Shown here piece by piece: positions 35,790 through 46,207 of a DNA stretch of 64,000 nucleotides (positions are counted from its first letter, which is position 1; each line of letters opens with the position of its first letter). The position numbers and the translations under genes were made by a program. The DNA comes from an uncultured Chlorobiota bacterium (GTDB lineage Bacteria > Bacteroidota > Bacteroidia > Bacteroidales > JAADGE01): NCBI GenBank assembly GCA_947311255.1, contig CAMZKL010000005.1, forward strand, positions 19,897 to 83,896, in the 5' to 3' direction. Under the pieces are notes generated by a model. That model was not told the origin of the DNA and did not search any database. It saw nothing but the letters and a program-made list of their open reading frames with translations.

Positions 35790-36998
35790 TTATTTGGGAA
35801 TTAGCAAAGAGCTGTCTCCATAGCTTAAGAATCTAAACTCATTTTCAAAAGCATACTTATATACATCTTTCCAATCTTCACCAATAAACGCAGAAATTAA
35901 CAAAAGCAAAGTGCTTTTTGGTTGATGAAAATTAGTAATTAATTTATTAACTATCTTAAACTTATACCCTGGAACAATAATTATTTTTGTAGATGCATTT
36001 ATTGTTTCAAAATTATTTTTGTTCATATAACTTAAAATATTATTTAAAGAATCCTTTGAACTTAATAGTTTTCCTATGTCATAAACTTCCCACTGGTTTA
36101 TATTAAAATCTTTAAGTTCATTCTTCTTATTCAACTTGCAACCTAAAACATAAAGACTTTCCAAAGTCCTAACAGTTGTTGTTCCAACAGCAACAATTTT
36201 ACCATCATTTTTTATAAGCTGTAAAATTAATTTCTTTGAAACGGAAAAATGTTCAGCATGCATTTCATGTTCGCCAATTTTGTTAGTTTTTACAGGTTTG
36301 AAAGTTCCCGCTCCTACGTGAAGACTTATATGCCCAGTACTAATTCCTTTATTAAATAAATCTTTTAAAATTTTAGCCGTAAAATGCAAACCTGCTGTTG
36401 GTGCTGCAACTGAACCTTTATGTTTTGAATAAACAGTTTGATACCTTTCTTTATCGCTTTCTTCTGACTTTCTTTTAAGATAAGGAGGAATGGGTGTTTG
36501 CCCCATATTCTCAAGTATTTCTCCAAAACTTATTTCAGAATTATCCCAAGAAAACTCAATAATGTTTGAATTATCTAATGCCCTTATTTTTTTTGCAGAA
36601 ACAGTTATTTCTATACCAGAAATTATAACAGTAGAAAAAACTTCCTCAATTTTCCATTTTTTTAAATTACCAATAATACATTTCCATTTACAGGAATTAA
36701 CTGATTGAAACATTAAAGAATAGTCCGCAGGTTCAATAGGCTCAAGACAAAAAATCTCAATATTTGCTCCTGTTTTTTTTTTGAAATTTAAACGTGCCTG
36801 AATAACCTTTGTGTTATTGTAAACTAAAAAATCATTTTCTAAAACTTTGCTTATGTCTTTAAAAAATTTCTGTTTTATATTCCCTTTATCATAAATTAAT
36901 AATTTTGAATTACTTCTGTTTTCTAATGGGTATTTTGCAATTCTGCTATCTGGAAGTTCGTAATTAAAACCTTCAATATTTATGTCTTTTATCTGCAT
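35790..36998 (-). CDS. queA: S-adenosylmethionine:tRNA ribosyltransferase-isomerase QueA
   Basis: FNYELPDSRIAKYP, AAPTAGLHFT and GTTTVRTLES. ATG at 36998 (the track start 37013 is TTG). Confidence 0.9.
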   Translation of the reverse strand: MQIKDINIEGFNYELPDSRIAKYPLENRSNSKLLIYDKGNIKQKFFKDISKVLENDFLVYNNTKVIQARLNFKKKTGANIEIFCLEPIEPADYSLMFQSVNSCKWKCIIGNLKKWKIEEVFSTVIISGIEITVSAKKIRALDNSNIIEFSWDNSEISFGEILENMGQTPIPPYLKRKSEESDKERYQTVYSKHKGSVAAPTAGLHFTAKILKDLFNKGISTGHISLHVGAGTFKPVKTNKIGEHEMHAEHFSVSKKLILQLIKNDGKIVAVGTTTVRTLESLYVLGCKLNKKNELKDFNINQWEVYDIGKLLSSKDSLNNILSYMNKNNFETINASTKIIIVPGYKFKIVNKLITNFHQPKSTLLLLISAFIGEDWKDVYKYAFENEFRFLSYGDSSLLIPK

Positions 36999-37215
36999 TT
37001 TATTTTTTTGCAAAGTTAATACATGAGAACAAAATAAAAAAATATCATAAATTTCTAATTAACCGATTTATACACTAGGTTTTGTTATGACTGTTCAAAC
37101 TACAATAAATTCACATCCCAAGTTTATGAATAAAAACAAATAAAATAAATACAATTACTTATGTTTTATAACATCTTTTTTTGTATGTTTACATCTTAAT
37201 TTAAAAAATACAACT

Positions 37216-40200
37216 ATGAAAAAAATTTATTATTTAAGTCTTATTGCCACTATGCTCATTTCTATTACTACAAACTACGCCCAAATTAATGTAGGAGGTT
37301 TGCCTAAAAGTTTTTTAGAAAAAGACATAAAAACTAAAATTGAATTTGAAAAAATGCCATTTGTAAATATTCAAAAACTAAAAGAAGAAGATAAAGTAAA
37401 TGATTTAAGAAAAGATAAACCTTTTAGATTTGGACAAAACATTTTTGTTCATATTAATATAAAAGAAAAGGGAAGCTATGATATCTTATCTGACGGAAGC
37501 AAAATTTGGAGATTAGGTATTGAATCTACAAATGCTTTAACTATAAATTTAAGATTTGAAAATTATAATTTATCTCAAGGAGCTTTGCTCTATGTTTATA
37601 ATGAAGACAAATCTGATATAATTGGAGGTTTTAATTATCAAAATAATCAAGAAAATGGAGTTTTTGCCACAACATTAGTAAGCGGAGATAAAATTATAGT
37701 CGAATACTTTGAGCCAAAAGAAATTAACAATCCATATAGCCCAATTATTACACGAGTTACTCATGGTTATAGAGGATCAAGCGAATTTGACAAAGGTTTT
37801 GGAGGTTCTGGTTCATGTAATATGAATGTTGTTTGTCCGGATGGAGCTCCATGGGTTGATGATATAAGAGCATCTGCAAGAATAATAAGTGGCGGAAGTG
37901 ATTGGTGCTCAGGAGCTTTAATAAATAATACATCAGAAGATGGCACTCCATATTTTTTAACTGCTAATCACTGCTTTAATGATCCTTCGGATTGGGTTTT
38001 TTGGTTTAATTGGGAAAGCGAAACCTGTGCAAATCCTGGAAGTTCACCATCTCATGATGCCATATCAGGTTCTACTTTAATTGCAAGAAATTCTGATTCG
38101 GATTTTTGCCTAGTACTTTTAAACAATACACCTCCCGCCGAATATGAAGTATATTATTCTGGTTGGGATAATTCAGATAATCAACCCTCAACTCAGGTTG
38201 GAATACATCATCCTAGTGGAGATATTAAAAAGATTTCTTTTGATGACAATCCTGCTGTTTCATCAGATTATGACCCTTCTCCTTATTTAGCCGATTCTCA
38301 TTGGGAAATTACTCAATGGGACCGAGGTACAACAACAGAAGGAGGTTCTTCTGGCTCACCTTTATACGATGAAAATCATAGAATAATAGGACAACTTCAT
38401 GGAGGATGGGCTTCTTGCTCAAGTTTAACACAAGATTATTACGGAAAATTTTCAATGTCGTGGGATAGAGGTGGTAGTCCAACAAATCAACTTAAAGATT
38501 GGTTAGACCCTACAAATTCTGGAGTTTTAGTCCTTGATGGCTTCGACCCTAATGTTCCTACAGTAGCTTTAGATGCACAATTACTTCAAATAAGCACACC
38601 TGCTGATACATATTTTGCAGAAGAAAATATTACACCTACAATTACAATAAAAAATAAAGGAATTGATGCCATAACATCATTTACAGCAAAATATAAAATT
38701 GATACTCAACAATATATTGAAAATAACTGGACAGGAACTATCGCATCAGGAGAAACAGTTGAAATTGTTTTTCCTGACGTAGGAATAACATTCGGAAGCC
38801 ATACTTTTGAAGCATTGGTTACATCACCAAACGGAGGCACAGATTTAAACACTTCAAATGATACATTAACTAAAGTATTTAATGTTGTAGAAACAATTTT
38901 TAATGACGATTTTGAAACAGATAAAGCTTGGACTATGAACGGCGAATGGGAAAGAAATGCACCGCAAGGACTTGGAGGAGAACACGGAAACGCTGATCCT
39001 ACAACAGCTTTTGGAGGTACAAATGTTTTAGGACTTGACTTAACAGGACAAGGTTCAAATTCGGGTGATTATGAGGCAAATTTAGCAAGTCATGTCGAAT
39101 ATGCAATAAGCCCAGTAATTAATTGTTCAAACTTTGAGAACATTGAACTAAATTTTAAAAGATGGTTAGGAATAGAACAAGCCAGTTATGATCATGCATA
39201 TATTGATATATCTACTGACGGATCAACTTGGACAGAACTCTGGACAAATACAAGTACCATTGCAGAAAACGCATGGAGCAACCAAACAATTGACATTTCA
39301 GCATATGCTGATGAACAGGCAAGTGTCCAAATAAGATACTCAATTGGAGAAACAGATGGAAGCTGGTTTTATTGTGGCTGGAATATTGATAATTTTGTCT
39401 TAACCGGAACTTCAATTACACCTGTTGCCACTATTAGTGCATTGCCTGGTTGCGGTGCAGGAACAGGGACTATAACTGTCAATTCTTCAAGAAGTGGCAC
39501 ACAAACATTTTATTTAAGAAATGATGCGGGAAGTCCTATTTCAGATTGGACAGGAGATGCAAACTCTCATGATTTTACAGGATTAAACGATGGAATTTAT
39601 AAAGGACAAGTTGAAAAAAACGGACTGATGTCAAATTTATCTGCTTCTACTACATTAACTAATGATTTATCAAATTCAGTTGCTCCAAGTTCAGTTTCTG
39701 CAAGTGAAACAACAGTTTGTGCAGGAACACCAACAATTTTATCATATACGGGAGGTTCCGGAAATACTTTTGGATGGTATGAAACATCTTGCGGAGGAAC
39801 TCTTGTTGGAAACGGTAATAATTTGTCTGTTAGCCCATTAACAACAACTACTTATTATGGACGATGGGAAAATTCATGTGCAAACTCTACTTGCGAAACA
39901 ATTGAAATTACTGTTGATAACTTAATAACAGCAAATGCAGGAAATGATGATAATACATGTGATGCAAATTATACACTTTCAGGAAATAGCCCTTCTCCCG
40001 GAACCGGGGTTTGGGCAGTTGTTTCCGGAACTGCAAATATTTCTGATATAAATTTATATAATTCTGATATAAATATAACAATGTCTCCTCTAACACTTTC
40101 TTGGACAATTACAAATGGTGCTTGTGTTAATTCTGATGAAGTAATTATTACACTTGAAAACACTACTGTAATAACAGACCAACCAGATGATATAAATGCT

Positions 40201-40665
40201 GCCATTGGTGAAAATGTTAGTTTTACTGTTGTTGCAACAGGAGATAATTTATCTTATCAATGGAGAAAAGATGGTTCAAATGTAGGAACAAATTTAAATA
40301 CTTTAACACTTAATAATGTTCAGACCTCAGATGGAGGGAGTTACGATGTAGTTGTATCTGGAAATTGTGGCATTGAAACTAGTGATATTGCTGTTTTATT
40401 TGTTGCTTCTAATATTGAAAATATAGAAAAAACAGGAATCAAAGTATATCCAAATCCAAATAATGGAATTTTTAATATAGATTTCCCAAAAGAAACTAAA
40501 AATGTTGAAATTTCAATTATTGATATAACAGGAAAATTAATTTACGATAAATTTTTTGAAGGAATTAAACAACACACTCTCGATTTTAATAAAAATAAAG
40601 GAGTTTACTTCTTGCAAATTAGTTATGACAATATTAATTTAGTTTCAAAAATTATTATTCAATAA
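37216..40665 (+). CDS. T9SS-secreted multidomain lysyl-endopeptidase-like (S1) serine protease
   Basis: Signal peptide. Catalytic LTANHC (His), SDSDFCLV (Asp) and TEGGSSGSPLY (Ser), as in Achromobacter protease I. Downstream beta domains include an I-set-like Ig domain (YQWRKDGSNVG...DGGSYDVVVSGNCG). C-terminal Por/T9SS sorting domain (KVYPNPNNGIFNI...VYFLQI...KIIIQ). Confidence 0.85.
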   Translation: MKKIYYLSLIATMLISITTNYAQINVGGLPKSFLEKDIKTKIEFEKMPFVNIQKLKEEDKVNDLRKDKPFRFGQNIFVHINIKEKGSYDILSDGSKIWRLGIESTNALTINLRFENYNLSQGALLYVYNEDKSDIIGGFNYQNNQENGVFATTLVSGDKIIVEYFEPKEINNPYSPIITRVTHGYRGSSEFDKGFGGSGSCNMNVVCPDGAPWVDDIRASARIISGGSDWCSGALINNTSEDGTPYFLTANHCFNDPSDWVFWFNWESETCANPGSSPSHDAISGSTLIARNSDSDFCLVLLNNTPPAEYEVYYSGWDNSDNQPSTQVGIHHPSGDIKKISFDDNPAVSSDYDPSPYLADSHWEITQWDRGTTTEGGSSGSPLYDENHRIIGQLHGGWASCSSLTQDYYGKFSMSWDRGGSPTNQLKDWLDPTNSGVLVLDGFDPNVPTVALDAQLLQISTPADTYFAEENITPTITIKNKGIDAITSFTAKYKIDTQQYIENNWTGTIASGETVEIVFPDVGITFGSHTFEALVTSPNGGTDLNTSNDTLTKVFNVVETIFNDDFETDKAWTMNGEWERNAPQGLGGEHGNADPTTAFGGTNVLGLDLTGQGSNSGDYEANLASHVEYAISPVINCSNFENIELNFKRWLGIEQASYDHAYIDISTDGSTWTELWTNTSTIAENAWSNQTIDISAYADEQASVQIRYSIGETDGSWFYCGWNIDNFVLTGTSITPVATISALPGCGAGTGTITVNSSRSGTQTFYLRNDAGSPISDWTGDANSHDFTGLNDGIYKGQVEKNGLMSNLSASTTLTNDLSNSVAPSSVSASETTVCAGTPTILSYTGGSGNTFGWYETSCGGTLVGNGNNLSVSPLTTTTYYGRWENSCANSTCETIEITVDNLITANAGNDDNTCDANYTLSGNSPSPGTGVWAVVSGTANISDINLYNSDINITMSPLTLSWTITNGACVNSDEVIITLENTTVITDQPDDINAAIGENVSFTVVATGDNLSYQWRKDGSNVGTNLNTLTLNNVQTSDGGSYDVVVSGNCGIETSDIAVLFVASNIENIEKTGIKVYPNPNNGIFNIDFPKETKNVEISIIDITGKLIYDKFFEGIKQHTLDFNKNKGVYFLQISYDNINLVSKIIIQ

Positions 40666-40692
40666 TATTCAAATATTTTTATGTTAAAAAAA

Positions 40693-40720
40693 AGAGTAGG
40701 CTTTTGCTTACTCTTTTTCC
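40693..40720 (+). terminator. rho-independent terminator after the protease gene
   Basis: AGAGTAGGC-TTTT-GCTTACTCT stem (one G-U pair) followed by T5. Confidence 0.65.
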
Positions 40721-40745
40721 TTTTTGACTTTAAGAATAAATAAAC

Positions 40746-40753
40746 TACTTTTG
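40746..40753 (+). promoter_or_regulatory. candidate -7 box (TACTTTTG)
   Basis: TAnnTTTG match 13 bp upstream of ATG 40767. Confidence 0.35.
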
Positions 40754-40766
40754 CAAAAAAAAAGAA

Positions 40767-41795
40767 ATGAAAGTAAAAGTTGGAGATACAATTAAATTTT
40801 TAAATGATATTGGCGGAGGTAAAGTTACAAAAATATTAGATAAAGAAACTGCTTTAGTTCTAAACGATACCGGTTTTGAAATTCCCGTTTTAATTGAAGA
40901 ACTTATGCCCGATATAAGTGCAGAAGAATATTCTGAAAAACAAAAAGTAAATATTCCACCGGAAATTAAAAATGTATATGAAGAAGAACCTTTATATACA
41001 GACAATACTGATGTTAATATTTATTTAGCATATGTTCCTGAAAATCAAAAAAGAATTGGAGATTCTGATTGTGATATTTATCTGATAAACGACAGCAATT
41101 TTTTTATCTATTATAATTTTGCTGAAAAAAATGGCACACAGTATGAAAGTATAACAGGAAAAATAGAACCTAATGTTAAAGAAAAAATTTGCACCTTAGA
41201 GCTAAACTCAATTCCGGACAATGTAATTACGACTGTACAAATATTATTTTTTTCTAAAGAAAAATATTCTTTAAAAGAACCTTTAAATTCTGAAATAAAA
41301 ATAAGAGCAACAAAGTTTTTTAAAAAAAATGCTTTTAAAGAAAACGATTTTTTTGATGAATTTGCAATTGTAATGCCTGTTATTGAAGAAAATGATATGC
41401 AGGAAGCTGTTAACAAATTAAAAAAAGAAGAAATTCAAAAAGTAATTGAACAAAAGGCAGATAGCAAAAGAATAAACAGACCCAGACTATATCAAAAACA
41501 AGAACCAAAGAACATAAAAGAAGTAGATTTACATATTACAGAACTTATTGATGATGAAGCAGGAATGTCCGATCACGACAAACTCCAATTACAATTAGAT
41601 ACTTTTCATAACGAAATAAAAACTGCAATAAAAGAAAGATATAAGAAAATAGTTTTCATACATGGTGTTGGAAGTGGCAGTTTGAAACTTAAAATAAGAA
41701 GCGAACTTCAACATAAATATAAACAATATCAGTTTCAGGATGCTTCATTTAAAGAATATGGTTATGGAGCAACCATGATTTTATTAAGACGATAA
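40767..41795 (+). CDS. Smr-domain protein (DUF2027 + Smr/MutS2-type nuclease domain)
   Basis: C-terminal EVDLHITELID...IVFIHGVGSGSLKLKIRSEL Smr signature. Confidence 0.8.
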   Translation: MKVKVGDTIKFLNDIGGGKVTKILDKETALVLNDTGFEIPVLIEELMPDISAEEYSEKQKVNIPPEIKNVYEEEPLYTDNTDVNIYLAYVPENQKRIGDSDCDIYLINDSNFFIYYNFAEKNGTQYESITGKIEPNVKEKICTLELNSIPDNVITTVQILFFSKEKYSLKEPLNSEIKIRATKFFKKNAFKENDFFDEFAIVMPVIEENDMQEAVNKLKKEEIQKVIEQKADSKRINRPRLYQKQEPKNIKEVDLHITELIDDEAGMSDHDKLQLQLDTFHNEIKTAIKERYKKIVFIHGVGSGSLKLKIRSELQHKYKQYQFQDASFKEYGYGATMILLRR

Positions 41796-41801
41796 AAATT
41801 T

Positions 41802-41809
41802 TAACTTTG
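41802..41809 (+). promoter_or_regulatory. candidate -7 box (TAACTTTG) for mgtE
   Basis: TAnnTTTG match 61 bp upstream of ATG 41871. Confidence 0.35.
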
Positions 41810-41870
41810 TATTACACATATTAAAAGAATTATCTATACCCTCTTATCAATTAACTTATTATAATTTATC

Positions 41871-43232
41871 ATGCACTTTGAGTTAACAAAAGATTATCTT
41901 CAAAATCTTATTAATATTATTGATAAAAAAGATGATAAAGCTGCCATAAAGCTTATGGATGAACTACATGCAGTTGATATTGCCGAAGTTTATGACGAAT
42001 TAAATATAGAACAAGCAAAATATCTTTTTTTACTTATAGAAGACGGTGAAAAAGCAGCGGATGTTATTGCCGAATTAGACGACGATGACAGAACAAGATT
42101 TCTTAAAATCCTTCCTGATGATGTAATTGCATCCAGATTTATTGACCACATGGATTCAGATGACGCAGCCGATGTTATAGCTGATTTACCGGAAGAAAGA
42201 CAAGAAGAAGTTCTTCAAAGAATAAAAGATATTGACCAAGCAGGCGACATTGTAGACTTATTATCTTACGATGAAGATACTGCTGGTGGTTTAATGGGAA
42301 AGGAAGTTGTAACGGTTAATATTGATGCCGTAGTTGAAGATGCAATTTCTGTAATTAGAAAAAGTGTTGAAGAAGTTGATGAAATATACTACGTATATGT
42401 TGTTGATAATGACGAGATTCTTAAGGGAGCACTTTCTCTTGCAAAACTACTTCTCGCATCAAAAGGCACAAAAGTTAAAGATATTTATGAGCCGAATGTC
42501 ATTTCAGTTAAAGCAGATATGAAAGCAGAGGAAGTTGCCAATTTGTCTGACAAATATGATTTAGTGGCTTTACCTGTTGTTGATAATATTGGAAGATTAC
42601 TTGGTAGAATAACATTTGATGATTTAGTCGATGTTATGCGTGAAGAAGCTGATAAGGACTACCAAATGATGTCTGGTTTAACAGAAGATGTCGAGCATAG
42701 TGATAAAGTCTGGCAACTAACAAGAGCAAGACTTCCTTGGCTTTTCATTGGTCTTTTTGGAGGAATATTGGGAGCAATTATTCTCGGGTCTTACGAAAGC
42801 CACCTTGCATCTCATGCTTCAATGGCATTTTTCATTCCCCTTATTTCAGCAATGGGGGGAAATGTTGGAATTCAATCTTCTTCCATTGTGGTTCAGGGAC
42901 TAGCAAGTGGAAACATAGGTTTTGAAAGTACATTTAAAAAAATTATGAAAGAACTTTCTGTTTCTTTAATAAACGCTACAGTTTTTGCAAGTGCAATTTT
43001 TATTTATAACTATTTCTTTTCTTCATCTTTTGCCTTAACTGTAACAGTAAGCATCTCTTTGTTCATTGTAATAATCTTCGCATCAGTTTTTGGAACTTTT
43101 GTTCCATTAGCTTTACATCGCTTTAAAATTGACCCAGCAGTTGCAACAGGTCCTTTTATTACCACAACAAATGATATAATTGGATTATTTATCTATCTTG
43201 CAATTGGAGTTTTGATATTTACAATTTTATAA
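41871..43232 (+). CDS. mgtE: magnesium transporter MgtE
   Basis: Acidic N domain, tandem CBS domains, and a 5-TM C-terminus with GGNVGIQSSS and PFITTTNDIIGL. Confidence 0.95.
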   Translation: MHFELTKDYLQNLINIIDKKDDKAAIKLMDELHAVDIAEVYDELNIEQAKYLFLLIEDGEKAADVIAELDDDDRTRFLKILPDDVIASRFIDHMDSDDAADVIADLPEERQEEVLQRIKDIDQAGDIVDLLSYDEDTAGGLMGKEVVTVNIDAVVEDAISVIRKSVEEVDEIYYVYVVDNDEILKGALSLAKLLLASKGTKVKDIYEPNVISVKADMKAEEVANLSDKYDLVALPVVDNIGRLLGRITFDDLVDVMREEADKDYQMMSGLTEDVEHSDKVWQLTRARLPWLFIGLFGGILGAIILGSYESHLASHASMAFFIPLISAMGGNVGIQSSSIVVQGLASGNIGFESTFKKIMKELSVSLINATVFASAIFIYNYFFSSSFALTVTVSISLFIVIIFASVFGTFVPLALHRFKIDPAVATGPFITTTNDIIGLFIYLAIGVLIFTIL

Positions 43233-43255
43233 TTCAATAAATTAATATTTCTTTC

Positions 43256-44434
43256 ATGGTTAAAAAGGTATTTTATTTAGTATTAATAATATTCTTATTT
43301 CTTAATGATTATAATCTTAAATCTCAAAGTTTATCTAATTATGCAGAAGTTAGCGTTCTAACCTGTGCCCCAGGAGAGGATTTATACTCCACCTTTGGAC
43401 ATTCGGCAATTAGAATAAAAGATCCAGCATTAAGAATTGACAAAGTATATAATTATGGAACTTTCAATTTTGAAACTCCTAATTTTTATCTCAAATTTGT
43501 AAGAGGTCAATTGGATTATATGTTGAGTGCAAGTCGATATAAATACTTTATAATTCCGTATATAAATGAGAACAGATGGATAAAAGAGCAAGTTTTAGAT
43601 TTGTCTCAATCTCAAAAAAATGATGTTTTCTTATTTCTTGAAAATAATTTATTGCCAGAAAATAAATATTATCGATATGACTTTTTTTATGATAATTGTG
43701 CAACAAGAGTTAAAGATGTTATAAAAGATGTTATAAAAGATGATTTAAACCTTCCTAAGAATATAACAAAAGAAAATGAAACTTTCAGACACTTAATTCA
43801 TAAATACTTAATAGGAAAAAATTGGGAACGCTATGGAATTAATCTAGCACTCGGACAACCAACCGACAAGGTTGTTAGTGCAGAAGAGGCAACATTCTTG
43901 CCCGATTATCTTAATTTTATGTTTGAAAATGCAGTTTTGAATATTAATGGAACTCAAAAACCTCTTGTAAAAGAAACCTTAATGATATTTGAACCAAAAA
44001 ACATTAATAAAAGAACTAATAATTCTATACTTAGACCAGTTTTTGTTCTCTCATTTTTGTTTTTGTTCTTTTTAGTTATTAGTTTTTTAGAATATAAGAA
44101 TACTAAATATTATGTATTGTTAGACAAAGCAATATTCTTTATTTCCGGAATCGTTGGGGTTATACTTTTGTTATTATGGTTTGGAACTGAACACAGTACA
44201 ACAATTAAAAATTGGAATTTAGTTTGGGCAATGCCTCTGTTTTTAATTGCATCATTCAAATTAAAAGAAAGTAGAAATAAAAACTACATTAAAGTATTCT
44301 TTCTTATAATGTCAATATTAATGTTTTTAAGTATAATTGGCGATATATTTTTGATGCATTTATACGATTATTCCACAATACCTGTTGTTATGGTATTAAC
44401 TCTAAGATCCTTTCTTATTTTTAAAAAACATTAA
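43256..44434 (+). CDS. DUF4105 (Lnb N-terminal periplasmic domain) membrane protein
   Basis: EVSVLTCAPGEDLYSTFGHSAIRI N-terminal motif and a C-terminal multi-TM region. Confidence 0.75.
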   Translation: MVKKVFYLVLIIFLFLNDYNLKSQSLSNYAEVSVLTCAPGEDLYSTFGHSAIRIKDPALRIDKVYNYGTFNFETPNFYLKFVRGQLDYMLSASRYKYFIIPYINENRWIKEQVLDLSQSQKNDVFLFLENNLLPENKYYRYDFFYDNCATRVKDVIKDVIKDDLNLPKNITKENETFRHLIHKYLIGKNWERYGINLALGQPTDKVVSAEEATFLPDYLNFMFENAVLNINGTQKPLVKETLMIFEPKNINKRTNNSILRPVFVLSFLFLFFLVISFLEYKNTKYYVLLDKAIFFISGIVGVILLLLWFGTEHSTTIKNWNLVWAMPLFLIASFKLKESRNKNYIKVFFLIMSILMFLSIIGDIFLMHLYDYSTIPVVMVLTLRSFLIFKKH

Positions 44435-44521
44435 TACTAGTAGAATTCAGTAAATGCAATCTTATATGCCCTACTCTACAAACTAATTCTAATTTACATT
44501 TGAACTTATCGTTAAGTGGGG

Positions 44522-44565
44522 TGACATATTGTCGCATTCCACCAGCACAAGAATGACATAATGTC
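44522..44565. promoter_or_regulatory. two copies of a 12-bp palindromic operator-like site TGACATAWTGTC upstream of hsp20
   Basis: TGACATATTGTC at 44522-44533 and TGACATAATGTC at 44554-44565. The latter sits inside a perfect 17-bp palindrome AATGACATAATGTCATT. A TGTCAT half-site lies at 44594-44599. Confidence 0.45.
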
Positions 44566-44675
44566 ATTAAACTGGTTTATTTTGCTCTATTTTTGTCATT
44601 TTTTTTATTCGGTATTAGAATTGATGTGTTTTTTGTGAAATATTAAACTAATTATTAACTAAAAATATAGAAATT

Positions 44676-45107
44676 ATGACATTAGTAAGAAGAGACATTA
44701 GCTCACCATTTTTCCCTGATTGGATGGAAGATTTTTTTTCAGGAGAAATTAATCCGTTAACAAAATCAAGAATTTCAACAATTCCAATGGTAAATGTTTT
44801 TGAGACAGAAAAAGATTTCAGAATTGAACTTGCAGCTCCCGGATTAAGCAAAGAAGACATCAAAATAAACCTTGAAAATGATGTTCTTACAATTTCGGCA
44901 GAAAAAGAAATTGAAAATGTAGATGAAGGAGAAAATTGCACTAAAAGAGAATATCAATTTAATAGTTTTTCAAGAGCATTTACATTACCAGAATCAGCAG
45001 ATGTTGAAAAAATTGAGGCAAAATCCATTGATGGTATTTTAAAAATTACAATCAATAAAAAAGAAGAGGAAATTATTAAGCCTCCAAGAAAAATTGAGAT
45101 TAAATAA
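44676..45107 (+). CDS. Hsp20/alpha-crystallin small heat-shock protein
   Basis: Alpha-crystallin domain (FRIELAAPGLSKEDIKINLENDVLTISAEK...GILKITI). Confidence 0.9.
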   Translation: MTLVRRDISSPFFPDWMEDFFSGEINPLTKSRISTIPMVNVFETEKDFRIELAAPGLSKEDIKINLENDVLTISAEKEIENVDEGENCTKREYQFNSFSRAFTLPESADVEKIEAKSIDGILKITINKKEEEIIKPPRKIEIK

Positions 45108-45124
45108 TATTTCTCAAAACAAAT

Positions 45125-45158
45125 AAAAAATGCGATTCTTATTGAATCGCATTTTTTT
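45125..45158. terminator. bidirectional rho-independent terminator between hsp20 and porP/sprF
   Basis: AAAAAATGCGATTC-TTATT-GAATCGCATTTTTT, with A/T runs on both sides. Confidence 0.75.
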
Positions 45159-45172
45159 ATCTTATAATGTTT

Positions 45173-46207
45173 TTAGAAGCTCGGACAAGGAATAATTGTA
45201 TGTTTATAGCGTTTATCAAGTCCTTTATTAAATTCCCACACAAGAGAAATTTCATGTGCACCACCGGTATGGCTAAATAAATTTCTTATAATTGTCATAT
45301 CATAGCTATATCCAATTTTTAAATTTGGAGAAAGTTTAAATCCAACCATTACAATAATAGCGTCAATATTGTTAAAGGATTGATCTTTTTTGTCAACAAT
45401 TGGAATACCCCTAAACCAAGCACCTAAAATTAATGGGTCTCTGGTCCAGTATGCTCCAATATCCAATTGGTCAAATTTATCCCAGTATTGATAGTTTATC
45501 GCAAAAGTTACATTTTCATTTTCTCTTCCGTATCTTACTCTTCTATTTTTTTGTCTTTTCAGCATTACTTTTGCACCACCAAAAACATCAAATTTCATTT
45601 TCATTCTGTATGATTGGTTTCCGTATAATGACTGGCTGGGTTTTAAAAGATGATCAACAGAGAAACCGCCCCAATATAAATCTGTATAGCCCATTAGTGA
45701 GGCTGTAAAATCAATATATGATTTATTTGAAAGAGGAGGTGCATGTGATGTAGATGATTGCCCCAACAATTGGTCTCCAAAAGTTAATTTTTCAAAATCA
45801 ATAGAACGTTGAGAATATTTGAATTGAATTCCAGGTCTTAAAAACCATTCAGAATTTCTATTTCCTCTTTTTTGTCCAACTTTTAATTTATAAGAGTATT
45901 GCAAACCAGCTTCGGTTAATCCTAAATTACCAACACCGGCAACATCTCTAAAAATTAAAATACCAACTCCACTTTTTGCACGAGAAAAATAATGGTCAAC
46001 ACCCACGGACATAGTTCTGAAAACACCAGGTACTGCAGGCCATTGATCTCTGTAATTTACAGACAATCTACTTGCTTCGGTTAAACCTGCAAAAGATGGT
46101 GCAATTGTCATTGGGGTGGAATAAAACTGAGAATAATGAGCTATCTGAGAAGTTCCAATTTGCAATGATAATAGCAAAATCAATAATAATCCGACTATTT
46201 TTTTCAA
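45173..46207 (-). CDS. type IX secretion system membrane protein PorP/SprF family
   Basis: QIAHYSQFYSTPMTIAPSFAG and SVNYRDQWPAVPG are family-typical. A TTG start gives a clean signal peptide (M)KKIVGLLLILLLSLQIGTSQ. Confidence 0.85.
   Translation of the reverse strand: MKKIVGLLLILLLSLQIGTSQIAHYSQFYSTPMTIAPSFAGLTEASRLSVNYRDQWPAVPGVFRTMSVGVDHYFSRAKSGVGILIFRDVAGVGNLGLTEAGLQYSYKLKVGQKRGNRNSEWFLRPGIQFKYSQRSIDFEKLTFGDQLLGQSSTSHAPPLSNKSYIDFTASLMGYTDLYWGGFSVDHLLKPSQSLYGNQSYRMKMKFDVFGGAKVMLKRQKNRRVRYGRENENVTFAINYQYWDKFDQLDIGAYWTRDPLILGAWFRGIPIVDKKDQSFNNIDAIIVMVGFKLSPNLKIGYSYDMTIIRNLFSHTGGAHEISLVWEFNKGLDKRYKHTIIPCPSF

Noticed and set aside
43715-43742. A 12-bp tandem duplication (GATGTTATAAAA x2.3) inside the DUF4105 gene, encoding DVIKDVIKD.
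   Set aside because: It is in frame, short and in a linker-like region. It is probably a neutral slippage duplication, though it could be length-polymorphic.
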